From positions 124,001 through 188,000 of the forward strand of contig NMRA01000697.1 in the NCBI GenBank assembly GCA_002633005.1: DNA of 64,000 nt, given 5' to 3'. Positions 38,601 through 50,800 of the stretch are shown here, one piece after another. The DNA is from Phoronis australis. Taxonomy: Eukaryota > Animalia > Phoronida. The notes beneath the pieces are model-generated. The model saw nothing but the letters and a program-made list of their open reading frames with translations. It was not told the origin of the DNA and did not search any database. A program made the translations under genes and the position numbers. Within the stretch, counting starts at the first letter, position 1, and each line of letters begins with the position of its first letter.

Positions 38601-40071
38601 TCACTTTTTTGTCCTCGTGACAAACAACACCAACTTTGTCATTTTGGTTGTCATCACGCAAAATGGAATTCCTACAGAGAGCAGTGACATCAATTTTTAG
38701 CTGTCGAACTGCCGTTCGGCCAATAATATTCAAATCGTGTTTGTTTTCTACTAATTCAATGTTTGCTGTATGCTGCGAATCGGACTGTAATGTTGCGTCT
38801 GTACTGAAAATTCCCAAAACTGGTAATGGTTTTTCATTTGCCGCGAAATACTGACTGTGTGATGAAGTTAAAACAGGTTTTCCAAGTTTAAAACAAACCT
38901 TCTCCGAAATGAAATTGTCCGGTGATCCAGTATCTACGTCAAATGTCTGTTTTTTGCCGCATATGTGAACAACAATCTGAATTGGATCTCGATCCGAAAT
39001 GTGATTAACTTTCTGTTCTGGCCTTGCAAAATACTGCTTACTTTATCCCTAGTCTTTCTTTTGCTTAGACATACAGCCTCTATATGACCATTTTTGTGAC
39101 AGAACGGCATTCAGTCTCTTTAAAACGACAATCCATTGCCGCGTGGTCTTTTTTCCACAACGGGGACATGTTCCCTTTGGAAAATCCCTAAATTTTTGTG
39201 CTTTGCCCTGCCTGCTTTCTTCCCTCATTTTCTTTTGTAACTTAAGCACTGGATCTCCGTAAACCGTTTCTTTTGCAACTTTGGACGCCTCTTCAATTTC
39301 TGTTGCTATTTCTATGGCTTTCTTAAAAGATAATTCGTCACCTTTTATTTTGAAAAAAGTTTTTATGACAGCCTCATTATTAATTGAACAATTAAATCTA
39401 GTTCTCATAGCTTCATCCTGATGATCTTTTATTGTTGGAAAATCGCATTTAGCAGCGTCTTGTCGAATACGAGCTGCTAGCTCCTGTATTGTTTCACCTG
39501 GATGTCTTCTTGTGTTAGACCAAAATTTGAATCGCTCCCGGACTACAAAAAACTTCGAATCGAATTGATTCTCCATAAATGTTGTAATTTCATTGATTGT
39601 CAGTTGATTGATCTCCTTGGATGGTGTATGCTGCTCTGCCAAAGTTGCAAGCAACTTATAACTGTAGACGTCTGATTCGTAAAGAAATTTTGTGAAATTT
39701 TTTCTATAGGTATGGAGTGTGCCCCTGAAAATGTTTGGAATCTGGACCAATAATCCTTCCAGAGTTCCACTGAACTGTCGAACGCACCAAACGTTGGCGT
39801 AGATGTCGTTGGTTGGTGCATCACCCTACTAGTGATCATCTCAGCAAAACTCTGATGATTCTCTTGTTGTTGGTTGATTTGTTGTTGTAATAACGAAATA
39901 ATGCCATCCAACTCACCCATCTTTTTTAAATCTTGCCAACTACGCCAAAATATATTCTGTTTCTGTAATAGAAAGAAGCAGAAACATATAAAAGAAATGT
40001 AAAATATATTGACAGGAATTAAGAATGACGTCACAAAGGATGACGTCATGGAAAACTATAACATCACAACA
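35687..40071 (-). mobile_element. Ty3/Gypsy (Mag-like) LTR retrotransposon, full-length, decayed
   Basis: LTRs 35687-35806 and ~39953-40071; TSD CAAAG at 35682-35686 and 40072-40076; PBS 39930-39947; PPT 35807-35818; gag (CPRCG), protease (DTG), RT (KIDLADAYNQ, RLPFG, YLDD), RNase H (TDHKPL), integrase (TDNA, YHPATSGAAER). Confidence 0.95.
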
Positions 40072-40439
40072 CAAAGCTTTCTCAAACCTATTTGAGGTGG
40101 TGACGAACTAAAATGATTGTTTTAAAAAATCTATTTCCACCTACCTTCAGCCTATCCATATTGACACTAAGATTTAGTCAGTCATTTTCCTGGTCTTACC
40201 GAGTGCCAGACTGAGAACCAAAAGATCCATTCCCATCTTCAAACCGCACCATGGTCCTTGAAAATGGTGCTAATCAATGAGGGTGCCAGACACCCGTGCA
40301 TGTATCTCGGAAAACGCTGTAAGCCCGTGCAACACCTGAAGAAAGCTGAATGCAAAACCGAAACCTAGTTCCAATCTAGATAGGCTAGTATTTGATAAGA
40401 TAAACAGGTTTAGAAATAATTATTTGACATGTTTTACAG

Positions 40440-40714
40440 GCTCTCAAGGTTCTATAAAAGAAGTTCAAACACCGGCTGTGACAGCCTCTTACAGAGCACC
40501 GGCATATCTGAACTGTGAGCAAGCTAGAATACACGCACGTGCCGAAGAGTACTTTGTGTCTGTAAACAGCGCCAAGAAAGTTCAAATGACATACTTTAAA
40601 TATGTCCGAGATATGGTACATTGTTTGAATCATTGTAAAGGAAATGCTTGCTGCTGAGCTGTTACATTCTCAGAATTTACCAATATGTGTATCACTTATC
40701 TTTTTATAGAGTAG
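40440..40714 (+). CDS. Gene 2 terminal exon (linker plus PAN-like module) with in-frame TGA at 40655-40657
   Basis: ttttacag acceptor in phase 1; HCLNHCKGNACC*AVTFSEFTNMCITYLFIE* aligns without gaps to gene 1 ACLLHCKASDMCEVVTYSECTKMCITFVYIE*. Confidence 0.78.
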
Positions 40715-43059
40715 AACTCGACAGTTGAAGAATTCAGTACTAAAATTTCTAAAACGACAACCTACTTCGAGCCCAGGCGAGTAGCTGGGTGCTGACTTGT
40801 CGTCGAGTGAACCATAGCTTAAATGTTGTACTTACTATTACAATTGGAATCAATACCGAGAAAATTGTTGTTGCACTGAACAGGCTTTATAATATTGAGT
40901 ACTTAAATGTTACCGAAGGTGATTGACGTCTCGTCAGCAGGCTGAGATTATTCGCTAAGTCGGCATGAGTTCCGTAGAAGTGAGGGTATTGCGAAAACGC
41001 AAGATCACGCAAGACTTAACGAGATACCTCCACGCATTACAAGTGAAGCACGTGATCACGCTAGCTTCTTCGATTCTTGCGAAAGCGGAAGTCGGTCAAG
41101 GTAAATAAGCTTCTACAAGTGAGACTTTTGCCTCATCGCCTGCGAGACCAAATTTCTAGTTCATCGTGACGTAAAGGAGAACTATGAGTTGATAAATTCG
41201 CATTCGAAACCCGTAGTTTGTCGTCTGCGCTTGCTCTTAAAATTATTCCTCCACTAGATTTGGGCACATCAAAAATCAGATGCTTATTCTTCTTTCTGTG
41301 GAATACTGTGGTAGAATTTAGTAAGCTTGATACAAACATTATATAGGGTTCTTGATCCCTTTCAGAGCTTGTTTCAATAGTTTTAAATCAATGGGGTGTG
41401 GTTAATCTCTATTTCTTGAGAGATCAGTTGTTTTTTCACTGTCTGCATCATTGTTGTGTTGTGTTGTATTGTATTGTATTGTATTGTTTCGTACAGTATC
41501 ATGTTAAGGTATTTCGTAATCAATCAATGTCAAATAAACCTGTCAAAATGCATTAACTACTGACACACACTTAATCCACTGAAAATAAAATAAAACAAAT
41601 TGATGTCAACAGAAAATGAGGTCTTCATGTCACGTTTTAAATAGAAACCAGTAACTGCGCGAATACTTATCCCTTTCTCGACTTTCCAGGCTAGTTTGGA
41701 TTGATGCGTTTTGTTCCAGATTCTTGTTGTCCTCAAACTTATTAACAAAAATATTCCACGGCAGTTTCATACTAACTCAACTCAGCTATGAGAGGAGCGT
41801 CGATGTAACCTGCGAAGTAACAAGAGACATTTTGCTCATTCGTGGACCTCAAGGTCTATCCAGATGTTGTTTACTTATTATTTTATTCTGTATGATCACC
41901 TAGCATAGCACGTGATTAGCAATGTACAAGTTTGTGTTTCATCACGAAAAGGCACAATAACTGAATAGTCTTAGCCGAGAAATTTTGAGCATGTCATCGT
42001 CTAGAAATGAATGATAGAAGTAAAATCAGTTACTTGTATATTCTCAGAGATTTTATGTTTTTGCCGAAATGAGATTTTATCAGAAATAGTTATCTGGAGC
42101 GTGTGTCTTTAAACAAAGATGATAATCCCTCTCTACTGTCTCTGGGTCACACTTAAGTCATGAAACATTCACCAGATGTCTAGCTCCAATGAGCTCATCT
42201 CGAGTTGCGAACATTCATTTGTCGACACATCACTCAGGTAGAATTGGAAAAACCAGTCACAGCATTAATCACCCTCTACTGTGCTGAGTGTGAAAATCGT
42301 CAGATATTGCTGTTCATTTTCCGTCATTTATCGTATAATAAAGAATGCAGATGAGGCTTAGCGTTTCTGGTAGTTGTGACAATTAAGTATTCGACCATAC
42401 GGTCTGTTCATTTTCCCGGGGGACATCGGAGACTCTCGGAGAGGCTAGTCTGTGCAAGAAACTCCCTTGTTGGTGCACATGACACTCTGGCGTTGGGTAG
42501 GTTCACTTGTCACATTCATGTTCATGCAGCTAAGAAACTTTCCATTGAAGTCGCTTTTCATTTGTGTACTTGTTTTGGAATATTGAATTCACATTTGTGA
42601 CATGCAGTGCTGTGAAGGAATGTTCATTGATGCTGACAATTTAGTCACTTGTTAAAACATGGTAAATGGTGGTGTTAAGCGCTTCAACAAAAGCTGCATT
42701 TCTCTTCCATAAAATGCAGAAACGTATATATTAAAATTTTGCAAAAAGGAGTGAATGATAGACTGATGGCAAACCAACGGTATTCATAGTATGCCAAAAT
42801 TTTGTTTGACACAAAGGCTCAAGATTTATTCTTGTGAGCACTGTTTCAATTTTCGGAAGTATCATTTCGTTTTCGTTTCAGGCAAGTTTGGTTTTCCCTA
42901 AAAACCTTAAAAGGGCTGCTGGTATTTTGATATCCCCTCATGCGAAATTGGTTCACGTTAGAAGCAGTTACTAACTGCGCTTTTATGAACACCGTAAAAG
43001 CACCGTATCCAGTATTAACGAAATTTGAAATTTTTGCTCTTGTATAGGCGCAATCGCAG

Positions 43060-45080
43060 CCTGAACTTGCACCACCAAACTTCGCTTTCCGTCGCCGGGC
43101 GGAACAACCGGTGCGTAAATTTCAAATCGATCCTCCGTCAACCTGGGGGTAACTGGACTGCTTCGTGACGTACCTGCACTGCCAGTCTTCGACTAGCCAC
43201 CACTGAGGCCATACCTTTGTTATGTTTTCAAGGCTATCCTTTTAGAAAGCGACAACAATGGCCAGTAATCGACACATTCCTTGGGGCTTTGAAATGTGTC
43301 GTTTACCGGCCATTCATGTCGCTCTCAGAACAGTGCTGTAGGCACCCGTATGCGCAGCCAACCACCTTTTGGCATTTGAACATAGCGCCTACGCATCGTA
43401 AGTGTACGTTCAGTGCTCAAGGTAATACGGTGGGCTTTGGGAGATTACTTACCTCTAATTTTACCACTACAGCACTTTTTCAAAAAAGTTGCCTACAAAA
43501 GTCCCGAGAAATGTGTCGTTTAGGCCTACCGATCATTTGCGTCGCTTTCTGAAAGGAGCCCTGAAAATATTACATACCAAGCACGTAGGAATGCAAAAAT
43601 TATTGGGGGGCACAAACCCATTCGACTTCGTCAACCTACCTCCTTCCTATCGCCACCCCTCCCCCGTTCTCTGGATGTCACCATATTTGTACCGACCCGC
43701 ATTAGGTGGGTTGGGGGGTAATACCTGAGATGCAGTCGTCAGGATTTGAGTACGCGTTAAATTTTCACGGACAGTAAGAATGGGTCTAGGGACAGCGCAC
43801 TGACGGGTAGCTGGGATCCAACAGTGGGTTCGATGAACTAGAGCTAGTCGCTGGTCAGCTTAGCTATAATTCGCTTGAGACAGGCAGCTTAGCTCGTACG
43901 TATTACTTTGCGCTGGCTTTAAGGTCAAGATTCGTTTTATTATGATCAAGTTTCGGGAAAACAACAATTTATCATGGCCATTCTTTGAAGGAATTTTTTG
44001 GACAGGTGAGGTCCCGTGGTCCCTGGCATGAGTGCCTTTGTGACTGTTTCAAAATCCTTTGATGAAACACAGCCGGTAGTCCAGTTTCTTGTGGCTGGGG
44101 CAAATGATACAGAGTGAATCTTAAAAATGTACACACTTAACGCCTGAAGTTCTAATTCAGCTCCCGTGGATCACTGAAATTCTGCGCAGGTCCACTGCAT
44201 GGTTACACCTTATTTTTATCGTGGCTCCGTCAGTCATGACGGTCTTTGTGTGTGTAGTATACACAGGATTGGAAAGCAACTGGTTCAGTTTTGAAAAAAA
44301 ATTATCAATGTCTTCGAGAGTTATTTTAGATAAGCAAGAAGAGTCCAAGTGCACTTTACTGTTTTGTTATCTGATTATAGAGTTTTTTCCATATTCAGTC
44401 TTCAACTACATTCACTGAAACGTCATCATTTCTTAAAGTATTAGCTTTTAATTGCCAAAACTCATCTAATAAATTGTCGGTTTCCGTAGATACATAAACA
44501 TGTAAATAAGAAACCAACGAATTTGTTTATCAAAACGGAATGTTATAAGCAATTTCCGCAGGCATGATCGCAGATTTTTGGTGGGTAACCCGGAGAACAT
44601 GGGAGATGGGGCTTTCTCAAGAAGCTTTGAAAATATAACAAACGTAACGTAGCGGGGTCGAGTGCCAGGTTTCCGTCTTGGTCGGAGTTGAGGCCGGCTC
44701 TGCGTTCAGCGAAACGCCATCGTGGTCCACAGTGGTCAAGTTGGGCTCTTTGCTGTTAACGTTGATGGTTCCCGATTCGATTCGAGTCTGTTCTCATAAG
44801 ACACACAACAGCCATCTTTCCAGGAGGTCGCTTCATATCTATTTTTCAGACAGCGGAGAGTGTACATCAAACAACACGCCATCTAGCGGTCGTGATACAT
44901 AATCTATTACATTTGCGAGGCGCTGTACGGTACACCCATGGCCCCTCCATATCCTCCGTATTAGCGGCAGTCGGGACTGTATGGCCACGTATCAGTTACC
45001 CCTAAGTTGGTGGAGGGCCGATTCTAAGGTTTGCACACCGTTGTTCCGCCGCCCGAATGCGAGAATCGGTGGTGCTGGCT
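43060..45080. mobile_element. Old element bounded by imperfect inverted arms
   Basis: gcaccacc..ggcggaacaac-ggtg..ggggtaactg (43069-43156) is inverted at 44990-45076. Confidence 0.45.
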
Positions 45081-45179
45081 GGTTCGGCTAGTTTCCCTCT
45101 CGAAACAAAATCTGTCTTTTATCGAAACATTTTAAAATGCTGATTTTCACTTTACCCAATATCGTACCATATATCGTCA

Positions 45180-45795
45180 ACGCAGCCAAGGGCGACGACG
45201 GAGGCGAGCAGCTAGGCCAAGTTGCATGCCGGCAAAGCCCACAGCGCAGCCAAGGGCCGACGGCGGAGGCGGGCTGGGTCAGAAAAAGCTGACGATGGAG
45301 TTGACTGCGCGATGAAGGACACCTCGGAGTACGTTAGGCGGGCCGTGCCAAACTGCCGGTGAAGTCAACTGCTCGGCAGAGGTTCGTAGACCCCTCAGAG
45401 TACGTCAGGCGTGCCGGGCCAAGGTGCCAGCGAAGCCGACTACGCGGCCAGGGCCAACGACGACTCACCGCGGTGGGTAAGAGGCAGAATGGGGCAAGCT
45501 GCCAGAAAAGGCGGCTGCGTGGTCAAGGGCAGACGACGACTCATGGTGGGTGAGGCTGCCGGGCCAACCTGCAGGCCAGCAAATTTCAGGGCCAACGGCC
45601 ACTCACGGTGGGTGAAGCGAGCTTCGACCAGGATGGCAGGATGGCGGTCAGGCGGCCACGCGGCCAAGGAGTGACGGCGGGCGGCTGCACTCGGCCGAAC
45701 TGTCGGTTGGGAGTCCGCACGGCCGGGGAGCGGCCGTGGTTGGCAGGCTTCGGCCGGGCTGCCGGTCGGGCGGCCGTGCGGCTGGGGAGTGACGG
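45180..45795. repeat. GC-rich degenerate repeat block
   Basis: Recurring cagccaagggc / gggccaacg / gactcac-cggtgggt motifs in an otherwise AT-rich window. Confidence 0.6.
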
Positions 45796-45879
45796 CAAAT
45801 TTTCCTTCGTTATCCGAACACACAAAATCAACCATCTTGCCAACACAGGCTCCGAACTTGAACATTTCGGGACAGCGTG

Positions 45880-46390
45880 TTTGGTTTCAAGATCAAAGTA
45901 ATAGACCCATGCCTCGTCTTGCCGCTCAACTCTGTTGAAGAAGTTTACTGGGTCAGACTGAAAACGAGTTAAGAGTATTCGAAACCTAAATTTTGCTTAA
46001 CATTGTGCCAACCCATCTTGCACTCAGTTTGCTGACGCGTGTCAAAAGCACAGTGTGAATTTCTCTTCATGTCAAAGCATTTTCCTTAAGTTTCAAATTT
46101 CAAAAAAAAATTTCAACTGCTCGTCACTTCATCAATTTTTTACCACATGGCAAAGCACGCCTCCTTATTTGGTATGTCAAGACGTAGACCTAGCACGTTT
46201 TCCTTATATGGAAAATGTGACCTTTGGTCTTTGATATAAATAAAAAGGTGATTTCAAGCAGCAGCCAGTCGACTTCTTGAACGCATGCGCGCATATATAT
46301 TTTTAGGGGCCGATAATTTGAACATTGTATTGGAATGAAAGATTTCTTATTTCATCTGTGTTTCAAAAATAGTGAATCTGACCATTTTTT
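45880..46390 (-). mobile_element. Mariner remnant
   Basis: KLSARWV and QDEAWVYYFD motifs on the minus strand; paralog of 58400-59090. Confidence 0.75.
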
Positions 46391-47161
46391 CTAAGTCGTT
46401 GATTTAGAGCTGCCATTGGTAAGGCTGATATGCCATGGTACCTGCCCGCTATTAAAAGCAAAAAATTCTGGCGATAAAAGAAACTTTTGTATAAACTGCC
46501 CAACTAATTTTGAAAGGTTATATTCTTTCAAACTTTACTAAATAAGAAATCGGATTGTTATCATGTAATGTTGGCACGATTTCTAAATTCTTTGGTCTAC
46601 ATATACCGACCAGTAGACTATTTGAATTGGCATAACGTTTCGGTCGGTAATTTCTCCGGCCATCTTGTGGTGCTTCATCGTTAGAAGAACGAGCACGGGT
46701 ATGTGATGCGCTTATGGTGGCCATGGTTGAGCACTTGGTTATTGGAGCACGAAGTCACTCGAGGCACATACGAAGAGGCTGGCGAGAAATTGAAATTGGT
46801 GCAAATCGGGGAAAGGCGACATTGTGAAAGTGGTGGTTGCCTGTAGGTAGGGGCAACATTAGCATGAACCGGACGAAGGCCTGACATTTGTGACCACCCA
46901 GCGGTAGGAGGCATCGATCTTTCGCCAATAACCCTAGCTATGATACTGAAGCCAAACTGAAACAATCATGATCCTATTCTTAATAGGAGTCGGAAAGCGG
47001 ATTTAAGTTTGATGAAATACCAGTGTTTTTACATGAAAATTTCCTTTTTTTAGAAATCTAATACAAAATCGGTATTGTCATACTACACAACAGTTTGAAC
47101 TCATTGATTAACCCTTCTTATTTCGTTTCCTTCATTATTCATGCTTGTGCATAAAAAGACA

Positions 47162-47670
47162 CTCGCTGGTTCCCTGCGTGCCCCTAGATGGGGCGGTAGC
47201 CGCGCAAGCTCGCAGGTATCACTTAATTTTCCTCGGAAAATTTTTTTACACTGGCTTTCTGATTGGCTAGTCGAATTCGGTGCTTAAAATTTATGTTCAG
47301 GAAATGTGAAGCCTAGAAATTTTGACTGCGGCTTTTCGGAATGCATCTTTCTACTGTCGATGACTTTTGTTTACGATGGTGTCCTGTATTCATACAGTAT
47401 GAATAACACACCGGTTAAATCGGTAAGATATGTGTTTATTGTAAATGTATGTGCTTCAAGCACGCGGCTATTAAACATCACTGCAGAAACGAAATAGATG
47501 CTGCGACGCCACTTGCACGACAACGCTAAAAATCGTTCACAGTCCGCCATTTTTCATGGTGTTTTAAAGCTAACCAATGACTGCCGAGGTTACATCGACC
47601 AATGCTAAAGTGCGTGTCACTGCGTGATACCTACGTGCTGGGTGGGCTAAGCACGCAGGGAAACAACGAG
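47162..47670. mobile_element. MITE with ~20-bp TIRs and imperfect 9-bp TSD (Mutator-like)
   Basis: ctcgctggttccctgcgtgc vs gcacgcagggaaacaacgag; flanks aaaaagaca/caaaggaca; empty site caaagggca in the paralog at ~19342. Confidence 0.75.
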
Positions 47671-47800
47671 CAAAGGACAACGCTTGCTGTGACATTTCCA
47701 GCTTTTTACCCTTGTTATCGGCTTTGTCATTTGCAAGCGAGTTTCTATAGATCGGTTTATTCGTTTACTGAAGTGCCGGATGACAATTGTAATATTTGTT

Positions 47801-50800
47801 TTCTTTTAAGAGATATATATTTATTGAAGAATACACAGAACATAAAAAGAAATAATGGCAAACCCAGAAATCGCGAAGCATTATATCTGGGTTGTAAAAA
47901 GTCCATAAATGAAACTAATATACATAGAGGTATATACAATTAAGTACTAGTCCACGAGAGCACCAGCCATGAGCGGCAAGGTGGGGGTCAGCCGATTTTC
48001 ACCAAATTTGGCACATAGGTAGTCCTATGGGATCTATAAACAGCGGTAAAATATTTCCTCAAAATATTGCGTTTTTCTAATGTTATAGGCTCAAACACAT
48101 TTTACGGCTTCGCAGCCATGTTTTCACGGTATAAAAACTGTCCAGTTTTAACTGTTCATATTTTTCCTTGAATGAAAGCTATCGATTTATTATTCAGTTG
48201 GCATTGTTTATTGGTGCCTGTAGATTGTTACACAGATGTCTTGAAACACGATTCCGATTTACCACCCTCATTTAGTAGTTTTACTACACTGCCTCCCGTT
48301 ATGCCATTTTGAGGTTGTGTTCAGTACACTGCTGTACCAAATCTGCCCCCACTGTTATGAGAATGAAACTTAGCCAAAATGTTGACAAAACATGTTACTT
48401 TCATTTCATAAAATAAAAACTTTGTCAGCCAGTTTATTAGTTATATATTTTGGCACCTCAAATGTACTAAATTGAGAAATTTTCATATATCCCAGATCTA
48501 TGCCTGAGCACCGTAAAATCGGATTGTCCTTCATGTTTTTCGATATTTTGCAACTAGTTAGTTCCTCCTGAATGTTTTGAACGTTTTACTACTGATCACT
48601 TAGGGCTATAGTACCCCTAAATATCATACAGGGCTCCATTTTGTAAAAAGCCGATTATGTCCTCCACAGTGAACAGCGTTAGACATGAACTCGACAAATG
48701 TAGGTTATTTTGATTTACAGTTGTTTTACTTTGCAATTTCCTCATGGGTATTTCTTCACACATATTCAAGTCAGATTTTTTGTTGATCAAATGTTCATGC
48801 AATGCATTGTAATATCAAATGAATGATGAGTTTGGTTGCATGACCGTAATTTTTCCCACGACTTAAAACAAAAGACCGCAGAAATTTTCCTGCCGAAATA
48901 CCGGGTTTGCAGTTCTGTAAAAACACTCGAATGACAAGACAAACTCCACCACTGTCCATGGCAACTCGTCGCATGTTTTTCGCCCATCGGTCCTATCATT
49001 GTTTTCCTTTGTTGTGTCATTGTTGAACACAGGTCGCATGGATATAGAACCTTGCGTACATAAGACCGTTGCCGATAAGTGCTCGTCATTATATCTTTAT
49101 TATAACAACGGGAACAATGAAGATGCTAATCTATTGTTCTCTATGCGACCAGGTTTCCCGTGGATGACCACAGAAGAGGAAAGTATTTACAAACAATGAC
49201 CACGCACCTTAGAAACTATTACCGCGCACACGAATGACTTCCGTGGAACCTAAGCACCAAATTTTTAAATCCGTGTATTGTGTTGTATTATTCATGACTC
49301 TGTTGTATTAAGATTCCAATCCCCAACCCTGTAATATGTAGTTTGAGTAAAAGTTCTAGACAATGCAGGTTTATGGATTTATTCTCCTTCAAATGAAGAG
49401 TAAAAATCAAATTCTGCACATGTTTTTTAAAAGTAATCACTTAGTGGAAGATCACACATCTAAAAAATAAAACAATGTTTGACAATTTTATTCATTATCT
49501 TATTTGAAAATTGCTTACCTCACAGTCAACTCATCTAAGTTGAAAATATTCCTTGTGAAAAAACATAAAATAACAACCAGAGACTTGTGTACTACAAAAT
49601 ATGTTTTCGTAATACAATGCAAACATAACTGTACAGTCAAAAGTGCAAATGTTATGACTCTACTAAAAAATTGCCTTCTAGATCTTTTCAACACTCTAAT
49701 TGCTACAGGACGGAGTCAATCACACAAAGCTCATAAAGTCAGGGAATTACATTTGAGGTGATGTAGTCTCACTGCGAACAAGTGATTTCGCAATAACGCT
49801 GACAACACTGGAAATCTCTTCTTCACAAACTTGAGGTAGCTGTATTTACCACATCAATGTTCTTATCAAAACTAACCACCACAAAATGAAAAATTGGCTT
49901 GTCGGTTCCAATTAGGCAGCATTTTACAATGAAATGGTCATGAAAAAATACTTTTGCAACATGGTTTGCATTACAATTGCCCTACGATTACAGTTGTACA
50001 TACATACTAGACCAGTAACAAAATTACCCATGGGAACCATAAAATGGTCAATTCGCCAAAAAAAAACAAGGATCCATCAGAGCTAATGTGTCAATACTTT
50101 TCAGTACTGCAACAAAAAATCATTTGAAGTGGACATAAACTTGCCTAAAGTCACATAAAACAACTTTTGATTTAGACATTTTACCATCATGAAATAGGTA
50201 TTACTTCCAGGTCACTTTTGAGCAATTTCAGAACTTTGAACGATCTGGCAATATGCAATTGCTAGAGACCGATTTTATACACACAGCATGGTCTCAAGAA
50301 ATAGCAAACTGTCAATTCGCTACAATTCCAGAAATCACTTCCCATCTGTATAAGGAACAAACCTAGCAAAGTTTATAGAGGTAAATGGTCTAAATCAAAA
50401 CACATTACCTCCTGGACAGAATATGGGTTTACAACCCAGGCAGAAAGATAAGTTAACAAAACCAGCCTAACTGCAACAGGGTCTCAACTTTCAGTAATAT
50501 ATACCCACTTACAAACAAAAATCTATAATGGTAAATAAAATGCAGAAACATAAATTCAGATCAATTACGCATCTTCAAGGAAAAGGAATAGTACAGTGGT
50601 CAGAAATCTTCTAAATGTGATGGCGACACTGAGAAATCCTGTCAGACCAAAAAATCCAGTGGCTAAACAAAATGAACAATGTACCATTACCATGTGGCCC
50701 AGGATCATGATTCGTGCCAGGACAAAAATTCAGTCTTAGAGTAGGTAAATTTTAGATTTGTGCTGTTCACACAAGCAGTTCTGGTGCAAACAAAGCTTGC

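Noticed and set aside
40786-40830. GTGA-n10-AAA-n23-GA spacing resembling a SECIS downstream of the in-frame TGA
   Set aside because: The required helix does not base-pair, and the TGA aligns to Glu rather than Cys.
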